A DNA stretch of 64,000 nucleotides from a bacterium (GCA_043811375.1 JBDRNJ010000024.1:32001-96000), one strand, 5' to 3'; numbered from the stretch's first letter, positions 29,160 through 39,759 are shown. The notes: generated by a model from the sequence alone, not told the origin. Translations and numbers: made by a program.

Positions 29160-31382
29160 TCAGTACACCAGGCAACTGCCATCGGGCTTGAAATGCATCA
29201 GGAAGATATTGTACCGTCCCGTCTGCTTTCCCGCTGCCGGCGACAGGTCTCTCCCGGCAACCATCTTGCCATCCGAGCGCTCAGTATAACAGGAAAGTGT
29301 CGAGTCAGACAAGTAATTTACTTGGTAGCGAATACGGGGATCATTACAGTGCACGTAGCGCTCAATGGAAGTAAACCGGACACCGGGGATATACCCTAGC
29401 CGGCTGCCGGTCTTGTAATTGCCCCAGACGGAGATATGGTTATTCTCTTCTTCAAAGCGATCGTTGATGGCTAACCAGATGTCCACGAAGCCGTCCCGAT
29501 CAAGTACCCGGCGGATAAGGGAATCATCCAACGGCACGATCGCATACTGGCGGAACTGTTCAATCCCGAGCGGTTCAAAGCGGGCGTAGAAGTCGTAGGT
29601 TGCCTTGGGATAGAACAGGTCCGACAATGGTTTCTGCCCTCCGACAAATTCAAAGGTAGTGTCACCGACGGCCATAGTGAAAGTATTGCGCCGACCGTGA
29701 CCGGAGTTGACATCAACCACCACCGCCAGCAGTTCGTCCTGACGGACTTCTTTCAGGTCGGAAATGTACAGCCGTGTTCCGGCCTTCACACTGTCGCTGG
29801 TGAGACGACATTCAAACTCAGCCCAGCCTGCCCGTGAGAGGGTAGTGGTCCAGCCGATCACACTGACCAATAACAACGGCACTGCGACGACAAGCAAACG
29901 GCCCCGGGGGTAGTGTTCCCAGGTCAACCTGCGGCTGAGCAGAAAAAGTCCCCCGCCCAGCAAAGACGTCTTCATCAGCAGGATTCCGATCACCAGAGTC
30001 AGACTCATTCCGTTACCGAAGATACTGTTGAGCCAGTTCTGATCGAAACCATAAGCTGCCACCATCAGGACCAGCGCCGCCACCGGCATCAATCTGGTTC
30101 GGACGGTGCCGGTTTGACAGGCTTCCCACAACAGGGTCATCAAATAGGCGCTGCCCAGCAGCACCATCGGCATGGCGTTGAAGTTGTATCTTGAAAGCGA
30201 ATGAAAGATAAGATGAACGGCAGTGTAATAGCCGATTATAGCCACCGGCCACACCGCTCGTGTCAGATTACTGCTCGCCAGAATCAGCAACCCCAGCAGC
30301 CCTGAAACAACGATCACCAGGTGCAGCTTCTCCCCCGTACGGTATGGCACAATGAAACTCCGCTTGAAGTCATTAAACGGTCGATGCCAGAGACGATCAA
30401 ACTTCTTGACTGTCAGACCGACTGTTCCGATAGGGTCACTCACCAAATCACCGACCACAGAACGCTTCCAGAAGTCTTTCTCCACCTTATCGAGATCATA
30501 CCCTTCGAACACGATGGAACTAGATTGTCGCAGGTTGGAAGCAGCGTAGGAGGGATCACGCAAAGTCAGTTGGCCATAGTGTGTCGACGTCAATACCAGC
30601 CAAGCCACGAAGATCAAGACTGCCGGTGTGACGTAAAATAGCCAGCGACTGACAGCCATTCGTGCCGGCCAGACACCGTGAGTACGCGCCAGCAGACCGA
30701 TAGACAGCGGTATCATCAGCAACATCGCCGTTGGCTTGTTGAGAACCAGCAGCCCGGTCACTACCCCGGCCAACATCAGCGGCCACCGATCATGGCTCTC
30801 ACACCCTCGCAGCAGCAAGTACAGCGCCAGCAGTATCCAGAAGCTGGTAGATGTCTCCAACAACAGCATGGAACTGCCCAGCATGAATGGAAAGTAAATG
30901 GCATACAGCAGGCTGGCTATCAGGGCTGCCTTGCGCCCGACCAAACGCAACCCGATCCCAATAATCAGCAGTGTACTCAGCGCATCGAGCAGAACTCCCA
31001 ACAGGCGGGCAAAAGTGAAATCCTCCGTCGGCGCCAGCAAGAGTATGACTGCCAAAAGACCGGGATAAAGAGGACCGCTGAAAAACATATCCTCGCGCGC
31101 CTGCGTCAGAGTATGGGGCTGGTAGAAAAGCCATTCAATTTGTTCCCCCTGGATGTACTTCCGGCAGTAGTGGTCAAACTGCAGTCGGTCTTCACGTTCA
31201 GAAACGACCGGTCCGGCTCCGCTGTCGTCCACCAGGGATATCAGGCCGATAGACGCCGCTACATAACGGCGGGCGTCCCACATGACCGGCAACAGATCGC
31301 CGAACATCAGGAAACCCAGCCGCAGACCCAGCGACAGAACCAGTATCAGAATCACCCGACGACGAAACGTACCGGTGGTCAT
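29160..31382 (-). CDS. Polytopic GT-C-fold glycosyltransferase (ArnT/PMT-2-like) with C-terminal extracytoplasmic domain
   Basis: TM1 followed by WDARRY acidic loop, GPLYPGLLA, LLLETSTSF, LLVLNKP and HSLSRYNF; more than 10 TM segments. Confidence 0.75.
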   Translation of the reverse strand: MTTGTFRRRVILILVLSLGLRLGFLMFGDLLPVMWDARRYVAASIGLISLVDDSGAGPVVSEREDRLQFDHYCRKYIQGEQIEWLFYQPHTLTQAREDMFFSGPLYPGLLAVILLLAPTEDFTFARLLGVLLDALSTLLIIGIGLRLVGRKAALIASLLYAIYFPFMLGSSMLLLETSTSFWILLALYLLLRGCESHDRWPLMLAGVVTGLLVLNKPTAMLLMIPLSIGLLARTHGVWPARMAVSRWLFYVTPAVLIFVAWLVLTSTHYGQLTLRDPSYAASNLRQSSSIVFEGYDLDKVEKDFWKRSVVGDLVSDPIGTVGLTVKKFDRLWHRPFNDFKRSFIVPYRTGEKLHLVIVVSGLLGLLILASSNLTRAVWPVAIIGYYTAVHLIFHSLSRYNFNAMPMVLLGSAYLMTLLWEACQTGTVRTRLMPVAALVLMVAAYGFDQNWLNSIFGNGMSLTLVIGILLMKTSLLGGGLFLLSRRLTWEHYPRGRLLVVAVPLLLVSVIGWTTTLSRAGWAEFECRLTSDSVKAGTRLYISDLKEVRQDELLAVVVDVNSGHGRRNTFTMAVGDTTFEFVGGQKPLSDLFYPKATYDFYARFEPLGIEQFRQYAIVPLDDSLIRRVLDRDGFVDIWLAINDRFEEENNHISVWGNYKTGSRLGYIPGVRFTSIERYVHCNDPRIRYQVNYLSDSTLSCYTERSDGKMVAGRDLSPAAGKQTGRYNIFLMHFKPDGSCLVY

Positions 31383-31428
31383 GAATCACTCGCTCTCGTC
31401 GAAAGTACCGGTGCCCGGTCGACCGGCG

Positions 31429-32445
31429 TTACTGTGGCATCTCTTCAGTGGCTTCTTCTCCCAGTGTCTTCAGCGACAGGTGTTCTTTTTTCAGGAAATA
31501 AAAGCCCATCATCGTAACTATCAGGTACTGTGCCGCGTGCAGCACCAGGGCGCAGGAAAGCGCATCCTCTTTGGCAATACCGTAGGACATCAGGGACCAC
31601 ACCGCTCCGGCATGGTAGACACCCACAAATCCGGGCGAAGACGGTACCAGAATCGATATTGAAACCACCACCAACAGCACGTACGAGGCATCCAGCGACA
31701 GTTCGAAACCAAAGGCCCAGAATACGAATATGTTGGACAGCCCCATCAGCAGCCAGATAAGAATCGTGTGCAGCGCCACCAAAGCAACACTGCGGGGACT
31801 GTTGAGAAATTCCAACCCACGGGAGAACTTCAGGATTATATTGTGAAAGACCTGCCGCACACTCTGCGGCACAAAAAACAGATACCTGGTCAGAAGACGC
31901 CCGGCCTGGTCCGCCTTAAGAGCCAGTACCAATACGATTACAATTCCCGACAGCGCGATACCGATGGCCACATTCAGCCCATACTTCATGGACTCATTCA
32001 GCGACAAATGGGACAGAGACACTACCGCGCCGAATATCAGCAGCAGTGCCACCAGGTCGAAAACCATTCGCTCCACGAATATGGTAGCCAATGATGCCGA
32101 CTTGGTAATTCCTCTGTCCTGCGAAGACAGCGAGTAAGCCCGCACAAACTCCCCCAACCTCAACGGCAGGACATTGTTGGCCATAAAGCCGATACATGTC
32201 GCCGCCAGCAGCTTGGAGAACGGAACCTGTTTTATCGGAGCCAGCATGAATCGCCATCGATAGGCACGCTGGTACATGGTCAGGACAATGAAAGCAATGT
32301 TGGGAATCAGCCACAGGTAGTTGGCGTCACGCAGGGATGTCACCACTTCCGAGAAATTAATGTTGCGGAAAAGAAACCACAACAGGATCACGGAGATTCC
32401 CAACCCAATCGCCAAATAGAGCACCTTTTTCTGATTGATGGTCAT
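31429..32445 (-). CDS. UPF0104 / lysylphosphatidylglycerol-synthase-TM family flippase-like protein
   Basis: RAYRW, GFMANNVLPLRLGEFVRAY, ATIFVERMVFD and PSSPGFVGVYH. Confidence 0.88.
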   Translation of the reverse strand: MTINQKKVLYLAIGLGISVILLWFLFRNINFSEVVTSLRDANYLWLIPNIAFIVLTMYQRAYRWRFMLAPIKQVPFSKLLAATCIGFMANNVLPLRLGEFVRAYSLSSQDRGITKSASLATIFVERMVFDLVALLLIFGAVVSLSHLSLNESMKYGLNVAIGIALSGIVIVLVLALKADQAGRLLTRYLFFVPQSVRQVFHNIILKFSRGLEFLNSPRSVALVALHTILIWLLMGLSNIFVFWAFGFELSLDASYVLLVVVSISILVPSSPGFVGVYHAGAVWSLMSYGIAKEDALSCALVLHAAQYLIVTMMGFYFLKKEHLSLKTLGEEATEEMPQ

Positions 32446-33557
32446 TTGTGCTCACCTGTCAGACTGAATAGTAGTTCTTCAAATTTCCTGGCCGCGTCGT
32501 CCCAGTTGAATTTGTCGGCCCAGCGCAATCCGTTCTGTTGAAGATCGGCTCGGAGTTTGTCGTCGGTAAGAACCTTGATAATCCGGTCGGTCAACTGACC
32601 GATGTCACCGTACTTATACAAAAAACCGGTCTGGCCGTCACGGACAGAATCCCTCAAACCGGGCACGTCGGCCGCGATGACCGGAGTACCCACCGCATTG
32701 GATTCAATATTGGTCAGCCCCCAGCCTTCTTTCAACGAAGGCAGCACCGCTACCTGGGCGCAACGCATCCGCTCCACCTTCTCCTCCAGCGATACAAACC
32801 CGGGAAACTCCACGTCTGCCGTCAGATCGAGTGATGCTGCCAGTTCTATCAGCGGCTGAAGATAATCACCGCTGCCGACAACCATCAGCCGGGCGCCGGC
32901 AACCTCTCGTCTCACCTGAGCGAAGGCTCGAATAAGATGCTGAATCGATTTGTACTTTTTTATGCGTCCCAGATACAGTACCGTCGGCCGCTCATACTTT
33001 CTTACCGACGTGTCCCGGCTGTAGATATCCCGGTTGATGCCGCAGTGAATCACCGAGATGTCTTCTCTCGGCACTCCGCGCCTGGCGATATCATCGGCCG
33101 TTGATTCCGATATGACATTGAACTTCCGCCCCCGGTAAACCATCACCAGGGGGCGCTCGGCCAGAAAGATATAACTTCCCAGGACAAAGTTGATCTCTTT
33201 GAAAACGGTGGTGGCAAACAGGTGCGGCACCACCACCAGGGTTTTCAACTTCAAGTACAACGGCGTATAGAACGGAATCTTGTTTATGTCTTCGACCAGA
33301 ACGTCAAACCGGTTCCGGCGGACCAGGCGACGCAAATGAAAGGGTGCTATGAGATTGAAATTATATCGGTTCCCCCGCCTGATAATGCGGATACCTTCGA
33401 TGGTATCTTCCGGCGCACAACCCTGATAACCGGAACAGAACAGGGTCACCTGGTGCCCGTAACCAACCAGTCGCCTCAACAACTCCTCCAGGTGCACTTC
33501 CGCACCCCCGGCATAGGGATTGCTCAGGTCGTTCCAGTTGAGGGCCAGGATATTCAT
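32442..33557 (-). CDS. GT4 family glycosyltransferase
   Basis: AGGAEVHL, YLGRIKKYK and PSLKEGWGLTNIE..GTPVIAADVPGLRDSV. Confidence 0.92.
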   Translation of the reverse strand: MNILALNWNDLSNPYAGGAEVHLEELLRRLVGYGHQVTLFCSGYQGCAPEDTIEGIRIIRRGNRYNFNLIAPFHLRRLVRRNRFDVLVEDINKIPFYTPLYLKLKTLVVVPHLFATTVFKEINFVLGSYIFLAERPLVMVYRGRKFNVISESTADDIARRGVPREDISVIHCGINRDIYSRDTSVRKYERPTVLYLGRIKKYKSIQHLIRAFAQVRREVAGARLMVVGSGDYLQPLIELAASLDLTADVEFPGFVSLEEKVERMRCAQVAVLPSLKEGWGLTNIESNAVGTPVIAADVPGLRDSVRDGQTGFLYKYGDIGQLTDRIIKVLTDDKLRADLQQNGLRWADKFNWDDAARKFEELLFSLTGEHK

Positions 33558-36500
33558 GAGTCCCGACCCCTAGCGCTATCGTGAGCAATAATAGCCTTGT
33601 CGAGTTCTTGAAGCATCTTTCGTATCTGATCATCCTGCGGATGATCCTCAAGCCATCGTTGCAGAAGCGACCGCAACGGCAGTGCCTGACTGGTAGCAAT
33701 GTACAGTCGCGCCAATTCCTGGAAAACCGGCCGGTAAGATGGGTCCTCGGCCAGCAGTTCTCTCAAGAGTTGTTCGGCCGGGACGTACTGCTTACGGTTC
33801 AACTCAGCCTGTCCCAACAGCAACTTCAACCGACGCCTGTCTCCACTGGTGGTACGATCGACCAGAGTCCGCAACTCGTCCACCTTACCCTGTTCGCCAT
33901 ACAGGTTGGCCAGATACTCCACGGCGCGCGACGAGTAGGGTATTTTCTCAACCGCCCGATGCATCAGTTCTTCCGCCCGCTGAGTGTCATCGACTCTTCT
34001 CAGGGCATTCGCGGTCATCACAAAACCGTTAGCCCAGTTTCTGGTAAGGCGAAAGGTGGTGGCATCCTGATGAATCGTGGGATCGTTTGCGCCCCGGCAA
34101 CGGAAACGCAGGGGATTGGTATAGAAATCCCAGCTTTCTTCGATATCCACCCGCTGCGGTTGACCCGGCTCCTCCACCCGCCACACCATAGCGCTCATAA
34201 CCAGCAGGGAATCCATTGACCGGCCTTGAAACTTGCGGGCTCCCGAACCTACCGAAATCGCGAAGTGGATCGGTACTCGACCGAAGTTGTTGACCATTAT
34301 GGCGTCGATCACCTGATCCTGCAAACGCATTACCAGCCCGTCGGCACTTCGATAGGGTCGCAGACGATCGATATCCTCCTCGCTGAAACCCAATTCAACC
34401 CCCATGTTGTTCTGCACCTGCTTGATGTACCACTTGCCGTTGGCCAGCGAAAGGTTGACAACTCTGACATCTCGACGAATGCCGTACACTTCCTGCGCGC
34501 ACCACAGCGGAAAGGTGTCATTGTCACCGTAAGTGAACATAATGGCATTGGGTTCGGCGGAATCCAGCAGGTTGAAAGCATAGTCCAACGGGAAGAAATT
34601 CCGAGATCGATCGCAGCGATTATAGTTTCCCGCCAGGGCAAAGACAGGCAACAGGAACAGAACCAGAGATGACGTCACTATCACGCGACGGGGCGCCGCA
34701 CTGAAACGAGCTGATGCCTCCCGAATGTACTGAACGGCAATGGCGGCGCCGATACCAATTACCAAACCGAAAAAGATGAAGGCCGGCGTAAAGAAGTAGT
34801 CCCGATCACGAACCTCAATGTAATCGGCGCCGGTTACCGGATGTTGACGGGTACCGTCGGAGAAATTCATATACAACACCAGCCCGACCGTACAGATCAG
34901 CAGCAGCAACAGCAACGACAGACCTCTCTCCGCCCGGCGGCGAATCACCTCCCAGATACCAAACAGTCCCAGCAGGAGCAGCACTACGAAACGGGGACCC
35001 GTCAGGCCAAATTGATCCTGGAAGAAGTGCCAGAAACCCATCCGGTGGAAATCACCGAACTGGTTGGTCCATTCGGCGCGTCGCTTGAACATCCGCTCCA
35101 CCATCGACTGCGATCCATACTGTTTTCGCTCCAGGAAATTGACGGTAGCCTCAAAACCCGCCGAAGGGTTGTTTTCATTAATCGCCGGTTGCTGCTCCGA
35201 ACGAATCGGAATGAAGATGTGCACGGAATACCCGGTCGCAGCACAAAGGATAACCAGCAGCGCGGTTTTCCACTCGGATGATCGTCGGGCCAGACCCAGC
35301 AACAGCACCGCCCCGGCGGCTACCCCCAGCCCATAGAAGAACGGGATCACTCCAATCACCACCAGCGATACCCCCCCAACGGCAATGACCGCCGCCCACC
35401 GGATCCGATGTCGCAGCCAGACAACCAGGATCACAGCCGCTGCGCCGGTGATTATCAAAAACGATGTATAACCCTTGGGCGTAAACAGCAGCGCGGTCAT
35501 CACGGCCGCTGCAATGATAAAACCCGACGAAATCAACTCTGCCCGATGTTGCTGTAGCTGACGTCCCTGAACGAAGTAGCGGTAAAGCGTATAGAGAGCC
35601 CAGACAATTAAGACGGCAAAAGCCACTTTCCCGGCTGCGTTGATTGCACCCATCGCCGACTCGCTCAGCACCTGTTCGGAACCGGTCCCCGCCAGCCGAT
35701 TGAGAATAAAACCGATCAGCGGCAGCAATGACAGGACAAATCCCACCCCCACCACCAGCATCCGGGACGATACGCGCTCAAACGAAAAAATGTAAAACAG
35801 GTAGATCAACAGGACGATAAATACCGGAAGGTAATAAGGAATCTCTCCCGGTCGGGATGACAGGGCGAAAATCAGGTATAACACAAAGGCAACAAATATA
35901 GCGGTGCCGAACCAGACCCCGGCACCGGCCTTTTTCTTGAGCAGAAAAAAGATGGCCGCCACCGGCACCACCAGAAAAGCGCTCATGTGCACGCCGATAC
36001 CGAGAAAACCGAGGTAGAAGATCAAACAGATAGTTCGATCGCCCGCCCTGGTTCCCCTCTGGTCGGCATACTTAAGAGTCAGCCATACCATAACTGTCAT
36101 CAGTAACATGGTCAGGCCGTAGACCTCGGCCTCTACCGAGTTGATCCAGTTGGTGAAGCTGAAAGCCACAAACAGCGCCCCCGAAGCGCTTCCGGCGTAG
36201 ATCAGCAGGCGACTCAGCGCCGACCGATCGGTTCCGAACCAACCGCGCAGGATTCGAGCCGCCGTCAGGTACCCGAAAAGAGCTGTCCCGGAAGAGCAGA
36301 CTACCGACAGGTAGTTGATTCTGACGGCGATATCCGACGCCAGCGGCAGCAGGCTGAACACCCGGCCCAGTAGTATGTACGTCGGTGAACCGGGAGGATG
36401 CGGCAGGCCCAGGATGTAGCCGGTGGCAATAAACTCACCGCAATCCCAGAACGAAAACGTGGGCGCTACCGTCAGGGCATAAACAATCAGACTGGTCAGC

Positions 36501-36562
36501 CAGACGCCAAGAGCGACCAGAGCGTGGGGAATGTCTATCTTTTTTCTAAGAGCGTCTTCCAT
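33554..36562 (-). CDS. DUF2723 (TMEM260-like) GT-C membrane protein with C-terminal TPR region
   Basis: SFWDCGEF..LGLPHPPGSP, EAEVY, PIRS..INENNP, RKQYG, RDRDYFF and GDNDTFPLW; TPR-like helices at the C-terminus. Confidence 0.88.
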   Translation of the reverse strand: MEDALRKKIDIPHALVALGVWLTSLIVYALTVAPTFSFWDCGEFIATGYILGLPHPPGSPTYILLGRVFSLLPLASDIAVRINYLSVVCSSGTALFGYLTAARILRGWFGTDRSALSRLLIYAGSASGALFVAFSFTNWINSVEAEVYGLTMLLMTVMVWLTLKYADQRGTRAGDRTICLIFYLGFLGIGVHMSAFLVVPVAAIFFLLKKKAGAGVWFGTAIFVAFVLYLIFALSSRPGEIPYYLPVFIVLLIYLFYIFSFERVSSRMLVVGVGFVLSLLPLIGFILNRLAGTGSEQVLSESAMGAINAAGKVAFAVLIVWALYTLYRYFVQGRQLQQHRAELISSGFIIAAAVMTALLFTPKGYTSFLIITGAAAVILVVWLRHRIRWAAVIAVGGVSLVVIGVIPFFYGLGVAAGAVLLLGLARRSSEWKTALLVILCAATGYSVHIFIPIRSEQQPAINENNPSAGFEATVNFLERKQYGSQSMVERMFKRRAEWTNQFGDFHRMGFWHFFQDQFGLTGPRFVVLLLLGLFGIWEVIRRRAERGLSLLLLLLICTVGLVLYMNFSDGTRQHPVTGADYIEVRDRDYFFTPAFIFFGLVIGIGAAIAVQYIREASARFSAAPRRVIVTSSLVLFLLPVFALAGNYNRCDRSRNFFPLDYAFNLLDSAEPNAIMFTYGDNDTFPLWCAQEVYGIRRDVRVVNLSLANGKWYIKQVQNNMGVELGFSEEDIDRLRPYRSADGLVMRLQDQVIDAIMVNNFGRVPIHFAISVGSGARKFQGRSMDSLLVMSAMVWRVEEPGQPQRVDIEESWDFYTNPLRFRCRGANDPTIHQDATTFRLTRNWANGFVMTANALRRVDDTQRAEELMHRAVEKIPYSSRAVEYLANLYGEQGKVDELRTLVDRTTSGDRRRLKLLLGQAELNRKQYVPAEQLLRELLAEDPSYRPVFQELARLYIATSQALPLRSLLQRWLEDHPQDDQIRKMLQELDKAIIAHDSARGRDS

Positions 36563-36576
36563 CCATCAGCCATCGT

Positions 36577-36768
36577 GTAGCGGCGGGCCTTGTGTCCGCC
36601 ACCGACCAAGTGAAGTGCAGGTCGAAACCCTTGTGGTTTCGACATCTTAATCCTGTGCGCGGCGTACGTCCTCGTGCGCCGCGTAAATCGATAATGGGGC
36701 AGATGGGAACATCTGCCGCCCACGAATCGTTCCGTAGGTCGGAACCCATGCGGTTTCGACTTTTTTTT
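36577..36768. repeat. Cluster of five REP-like hairpins
   Basis: GTAG CGGCGGGC CTTGT GTCCGCC; GCAG GTCGAAACC CTTGT GGTTTCGAC; GCGGCGTACG TCCT CGTGCGCCGC; GGCAGATG GGAA CATCTGCC; GTAG GTCGGAACC CATGC GGTTTCGAC followed by a T-run. Confidence 0.8.
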
Positions 36769-36998
36769 AGCATAGCAAATCTCAACGAAACCCGTCCTGC
36801 CATGCTAAGGTTTGCGAATATAATGGATTGAAACGCTGAGGCCAACCTGTTTTAACGGTCAGGCAACAAAGCGTCCTTATGAGAAATCCGACATGGTGGA
36901 TTCAATCGGAAGCACACTTGTACTTGTACTCCACCTGTCGGAGCGAATAAGACACATTTCCAGTGACAAGAAAATCTCAGAGTTGCAGAATTATCGTT

Positions 36999-37424
36999 CT
37001 ACTCGCCTCCCCCCCGCCTTTTCACCCACGCATCTAATATGCCGTTAACAAAACCGGGTGACTTGGACGTGGAAAATTTGCGGGCCAGCTCGATCGCTTC
37101 GTTGAGAACAACCTTCATCGGCGTGTCCGGGACGTGCTCCAGCTCCACCAGCGCCAGGCGCAGAATAGCCCTGTCGATAGCTGCCATACGCTCAACATCC
37201 CAGTGCTCGGCCAACCCGGCCAGTTGCTGATCGGCCCAGTCACCATGCTGATTGACCAGCGTCAACATTTCCCGCGCAAACCGGACGTTCTTCTCAGATA
37301 GCGGCTGTTCCTTAACCAGGTTGATCAGATTCGATTCCGCCGATACCTCTCCGCATTCGGCCGCATACAACGCCTGAAGGATCAGTTCGCGGGACAGACG
37401 CCTTGGCGAGATCCTGTCAGTCAC
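36999..37424 (-). CDS. nusB: Transcription antitermination factor NusB
   Basis: [32 protein letters not shown] and FVNGILD; follows ribH. Confidence 0.96.
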   Translation of the reverse strand: MTDRISPRRLSRELILQALYAAECGEVSAESNLINLVKEQPLSEKNVRFAREMLTLVNQHGDWADQQLAGLAEHWDVERMAAIDRAILRLALVELEHVPDTPMKVVLNEAIELARKFSTSKSPGFVNGILDAWVKRRGGGE

Positions 37425-37891
37425 TCCATCGCTCGATACAGGTTGACCATTTCCAGCGCCGCTTCGGCCGCCTGCCAGCCCTTGTTGCCGGCTTTGGTGC
37501 CGGACCGTTCAATCGCCTGCTCCAGGGTGTCCGCCGTCACCAGACCATATATTACCGGCACGCCGGTATCCAGCGCGACCCGGGCGATACCTTTGGAAGC
37601 CTCGCCGGCGATAAAGTCAAAGTGCGGCGTATCGCCGCGCACCAGCGCGCCTAAACAAACGACGGCATCATAGGAGCCGGACTTGGCCATCTTTGCCGCC
37701 ACGTATGGTATCTCGAACGCCCCCGGCACGTAGGCCACCGACAGTCGGCCTTCCTCGGTACCATGTCGTTTCAGGCAGTCGACGGCTCCCTCCAGCAGCT
37801 TGTCGGTCAGGAAGTTGTTGAACCGGCTGACAATCAAGCCAAATGCCAGCCCCTCCCCATCCAGCTTGCCCTCGAATACTTTGTAGTTCAC
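37421..37891 (-). CDS. ribH: 6,7-dimethyl-8-ribityllumazine synthase
   Basis: [21 protein letters not shown] and KAGNKG. Confidence 0.97.
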   Translation of the reverse strand: MNYKVFEGKLDGEGLAFGLIVSRFNNFLTDKLLEGAVDCLKRHGTEEGRLSVAYVPGAFEIPYVAAKMAKSGSYDAVVCLGALVRGDTPHFDFIAGEASKGIARVALDTGVPVIYGLVTADTLEQAIERSGTKAGNKGWQAAEAALEMVNLYRAME

Positions 37892-37906
37892 GAGATTTCT
37901 TCCCTT

Positions 37907-39130
37907 CTATTTGAGTTTCAATATATGTCCCATCTTGTCCCGCTTGGTCTGCAGGTAATCGTGATTGTACCGACCGGGTTCCACCTCCAGTGCAACGCGT
38001 TCGGTAATCTCTAATCCGTAACCCTGAAGGCCGACCACTTTTTTGGGATTATTGGTCAATATCCGGATCGAACTGAGACCAAGATCAACCAGGATCTGCG
38101 CCCCGATACCGTAGTCACGAAGATCCGCCTTGAAACCAAGATCATGATTGGCCTGCACCGTATCGCGTCCGTGTTCCTGCAACTGGTAGGCGAGAATCTT
38201 GTTGGCCAGACCGATTCCCCGTCCTTCCTGACGCATGTAGAGAATCACACCCAGACCTTCCCTGTCGACGCATTCCATCGCCCGATGCAGTTGCGTACCG
38301 CAATCACAGCGTTGCGAACCGAAGACATCACCGGTCAGACAACTGGAATGCACCCTGACCAGCACGTCTTTTTTACCGGCCACGTCACCCCTGGTCAACG
38401 CCAGATGGTGATGTTTGTCGATGTCCGATTCATACAGGTGCAGTTTGAATTCACCGTGCGCGGTAGGAAAATCAACGACCGTTACTTTGCGCACCAGCTT
38501 CTCGTGTTGCCGGCGGTACTCAATCAGATCACGGACAGTGATAAACTTCAGGCCGTACTCGCGGGCCATCTCGTGCAAACGCGGCACCCGCGCCATCGAG
38601 CCGTCATCGTCCAAAATCTCACACAAGACCGCCACCGACTTCAGTCCGGCCATTCGCGCCAGATCAACCGACGCTTCGGTATGTCCGGCCCGAACCAGCA
38701 CCCCGCCCGGCAGCGCCTTGATGGGAAACACGTGGCCCGGTCGGGCCAGATCATCCGGCCGGGTGTTTTCATCGACCAGGGCCTTGATAGTCACCGCCCG
38801 ATCCGATGCCGATATGCCGGTGGTGGTGCCGTCGACAGCGTCCACGGATACCGTGAAGCGCGTACCGTGTTTGGCAGTGTTATGTTCCACCATAGAATGT
38901 AATTGCAATTCCTCAATCCGCTCCTGCGGCATGCAAACGCAGATAAGACCGCGGCCATGAGTGGCAAAGAAATTCACCGCCTGGGGAGTGATCTTCTCGG
39001 CAGCCATGATAAGATCGCCTTCGTTTTCACGGTCCTCATCATCGGCCACAATTACGAACTTGCCGGCCCGAATGTCCTCGATGGCATCGGGAATGGAGTC
39101 AAACCTGATATTGTTGTTCATATTCACCAT
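37907..39130 (-). CDS. ribBA: Bifunctional DHBP synthase / GTP cyclohydrolase II
   Basis: DDEDRENEGD, RAGHTEA, RVHSSCLTGD..RCDCG, QEGRGIGL and LTNNPKK. Confidence 0.97.
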   Translation of the reverse strand: MVNMNNNIRFDSIPDAIEDIRAGKFVIVADDEDRENEGDLIMAAEKITPQAVNFFATHGRGLICVCMPQERIEELQLHSMVEHNTAKHGTRFTVSVDAVDGTTTGISASDRAVTIKALVDENTRPDDLARPGHVFPIKALPGGVLVRAGHTEASVDLARMAGLKSVAVLCEILDDDGSMARVPRLHEMAREYGLKFITVRDLIEYRRQHEKLVRKVTVVDFPTAHGEFKLHLYESDIDKHHHLALTRGDVAGKKDVLVRVHSSCLTGDVFGSQRCDCGTQLHRAMECVDREGLGVILYMRQEGRGIGLANKILAYQLQEHGRDTVQANHDLGFKADLRDYGIGAQILVDLGLSSIRILTNNPKKVVGLQGYGLEITERVALEVEPGRYNHDYLQTKRDKMGHILKLK

Positions 39131-39759
39131 CCGCTATCAATCAGTTTCTCTTTCGTAATCATACCCTTGCCCTGCGCTTCCTGCTGTTTCAGTACGTACT
39201 TGCCGATTATGTCGAACTCCAGGTTGACCTGCGATCCGGGTCGGAGAATTCCCAGAGTCGTTTCTTTCATAGTGAAGGGAATTACATTGACGTTAAACCA
39301 GCCTCTACGGCATTCATTGACCGTCAGTGAAACACCGTTGATGGCAATAGAACCTTTGGGAACCACCAGTTGATCGTGGCGTTTGTCAAACTTCACCGCC
39401 AGCACAACCGACTCTCCAACCGATCGGACCTGATCGATTATACCGGTGCCATCTACGTGACCGCTTACAAAATGTCCCCCCAGTCGGACACCCGCCTTGA
39501 GCGCCCGCTCCAGATTGACCCGCCTTCCGGCAGTGTAGCCGTTGAGTATGGTGACGGCGGCAGATTCCTGCGACGCCTCCACGTCGAACCGCTCTCCCCC
39601 CGCAGCCACCACCGTCAAGCAGGCACCATCAACGGCGATTGACTCGCCGGGTGTCGGCTCACCGTCGGAGAAAACAGCCTGCACCGACAGCACCCGATAA
39701 TTGCCGCGACGGTTCATCCGGGCGATAGTGCCTACAGTCTCAATCAAACCGGTAAACAT
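39124..39759 (-). CDS. ribE: Riboflavin synthase (alpha chain)
   Basis: MFTGLIE N-terminus at ATG 39759; GACLTV, VNLERAL, GGHFVSGHVD and GVSLTVN. Confidence 0.96.
   Translation of the reverse strand: MFTGLIETVGTIARMNRRGNYRVLSVQAVFSDGEPTPGESIAVDGACLTVVAAGGERFDVEASQESAAVTILNGYTAGRRVNLERALKAGVRLGGHFVSGHVDGTGIIDQVRSVGESVVLAVKFDKRHDQLVVPKGSIAINGVSLTVNECRRGWFNVNVIPFTMKETTLGILRPGSQVNLEFDIIGKYVLKQQEAQGKGMITKEKLIDSGW

Noticed and set aside
36577..36768. Possible CRISPR array, tRNA or SRP RNA in the hairpin cluster
   Set aside because: The hairpins differ in sequence and spacing. There is no cloverleaf or T-loop in proper context and no SRP domain IV motif. REP-like elements explain it better.
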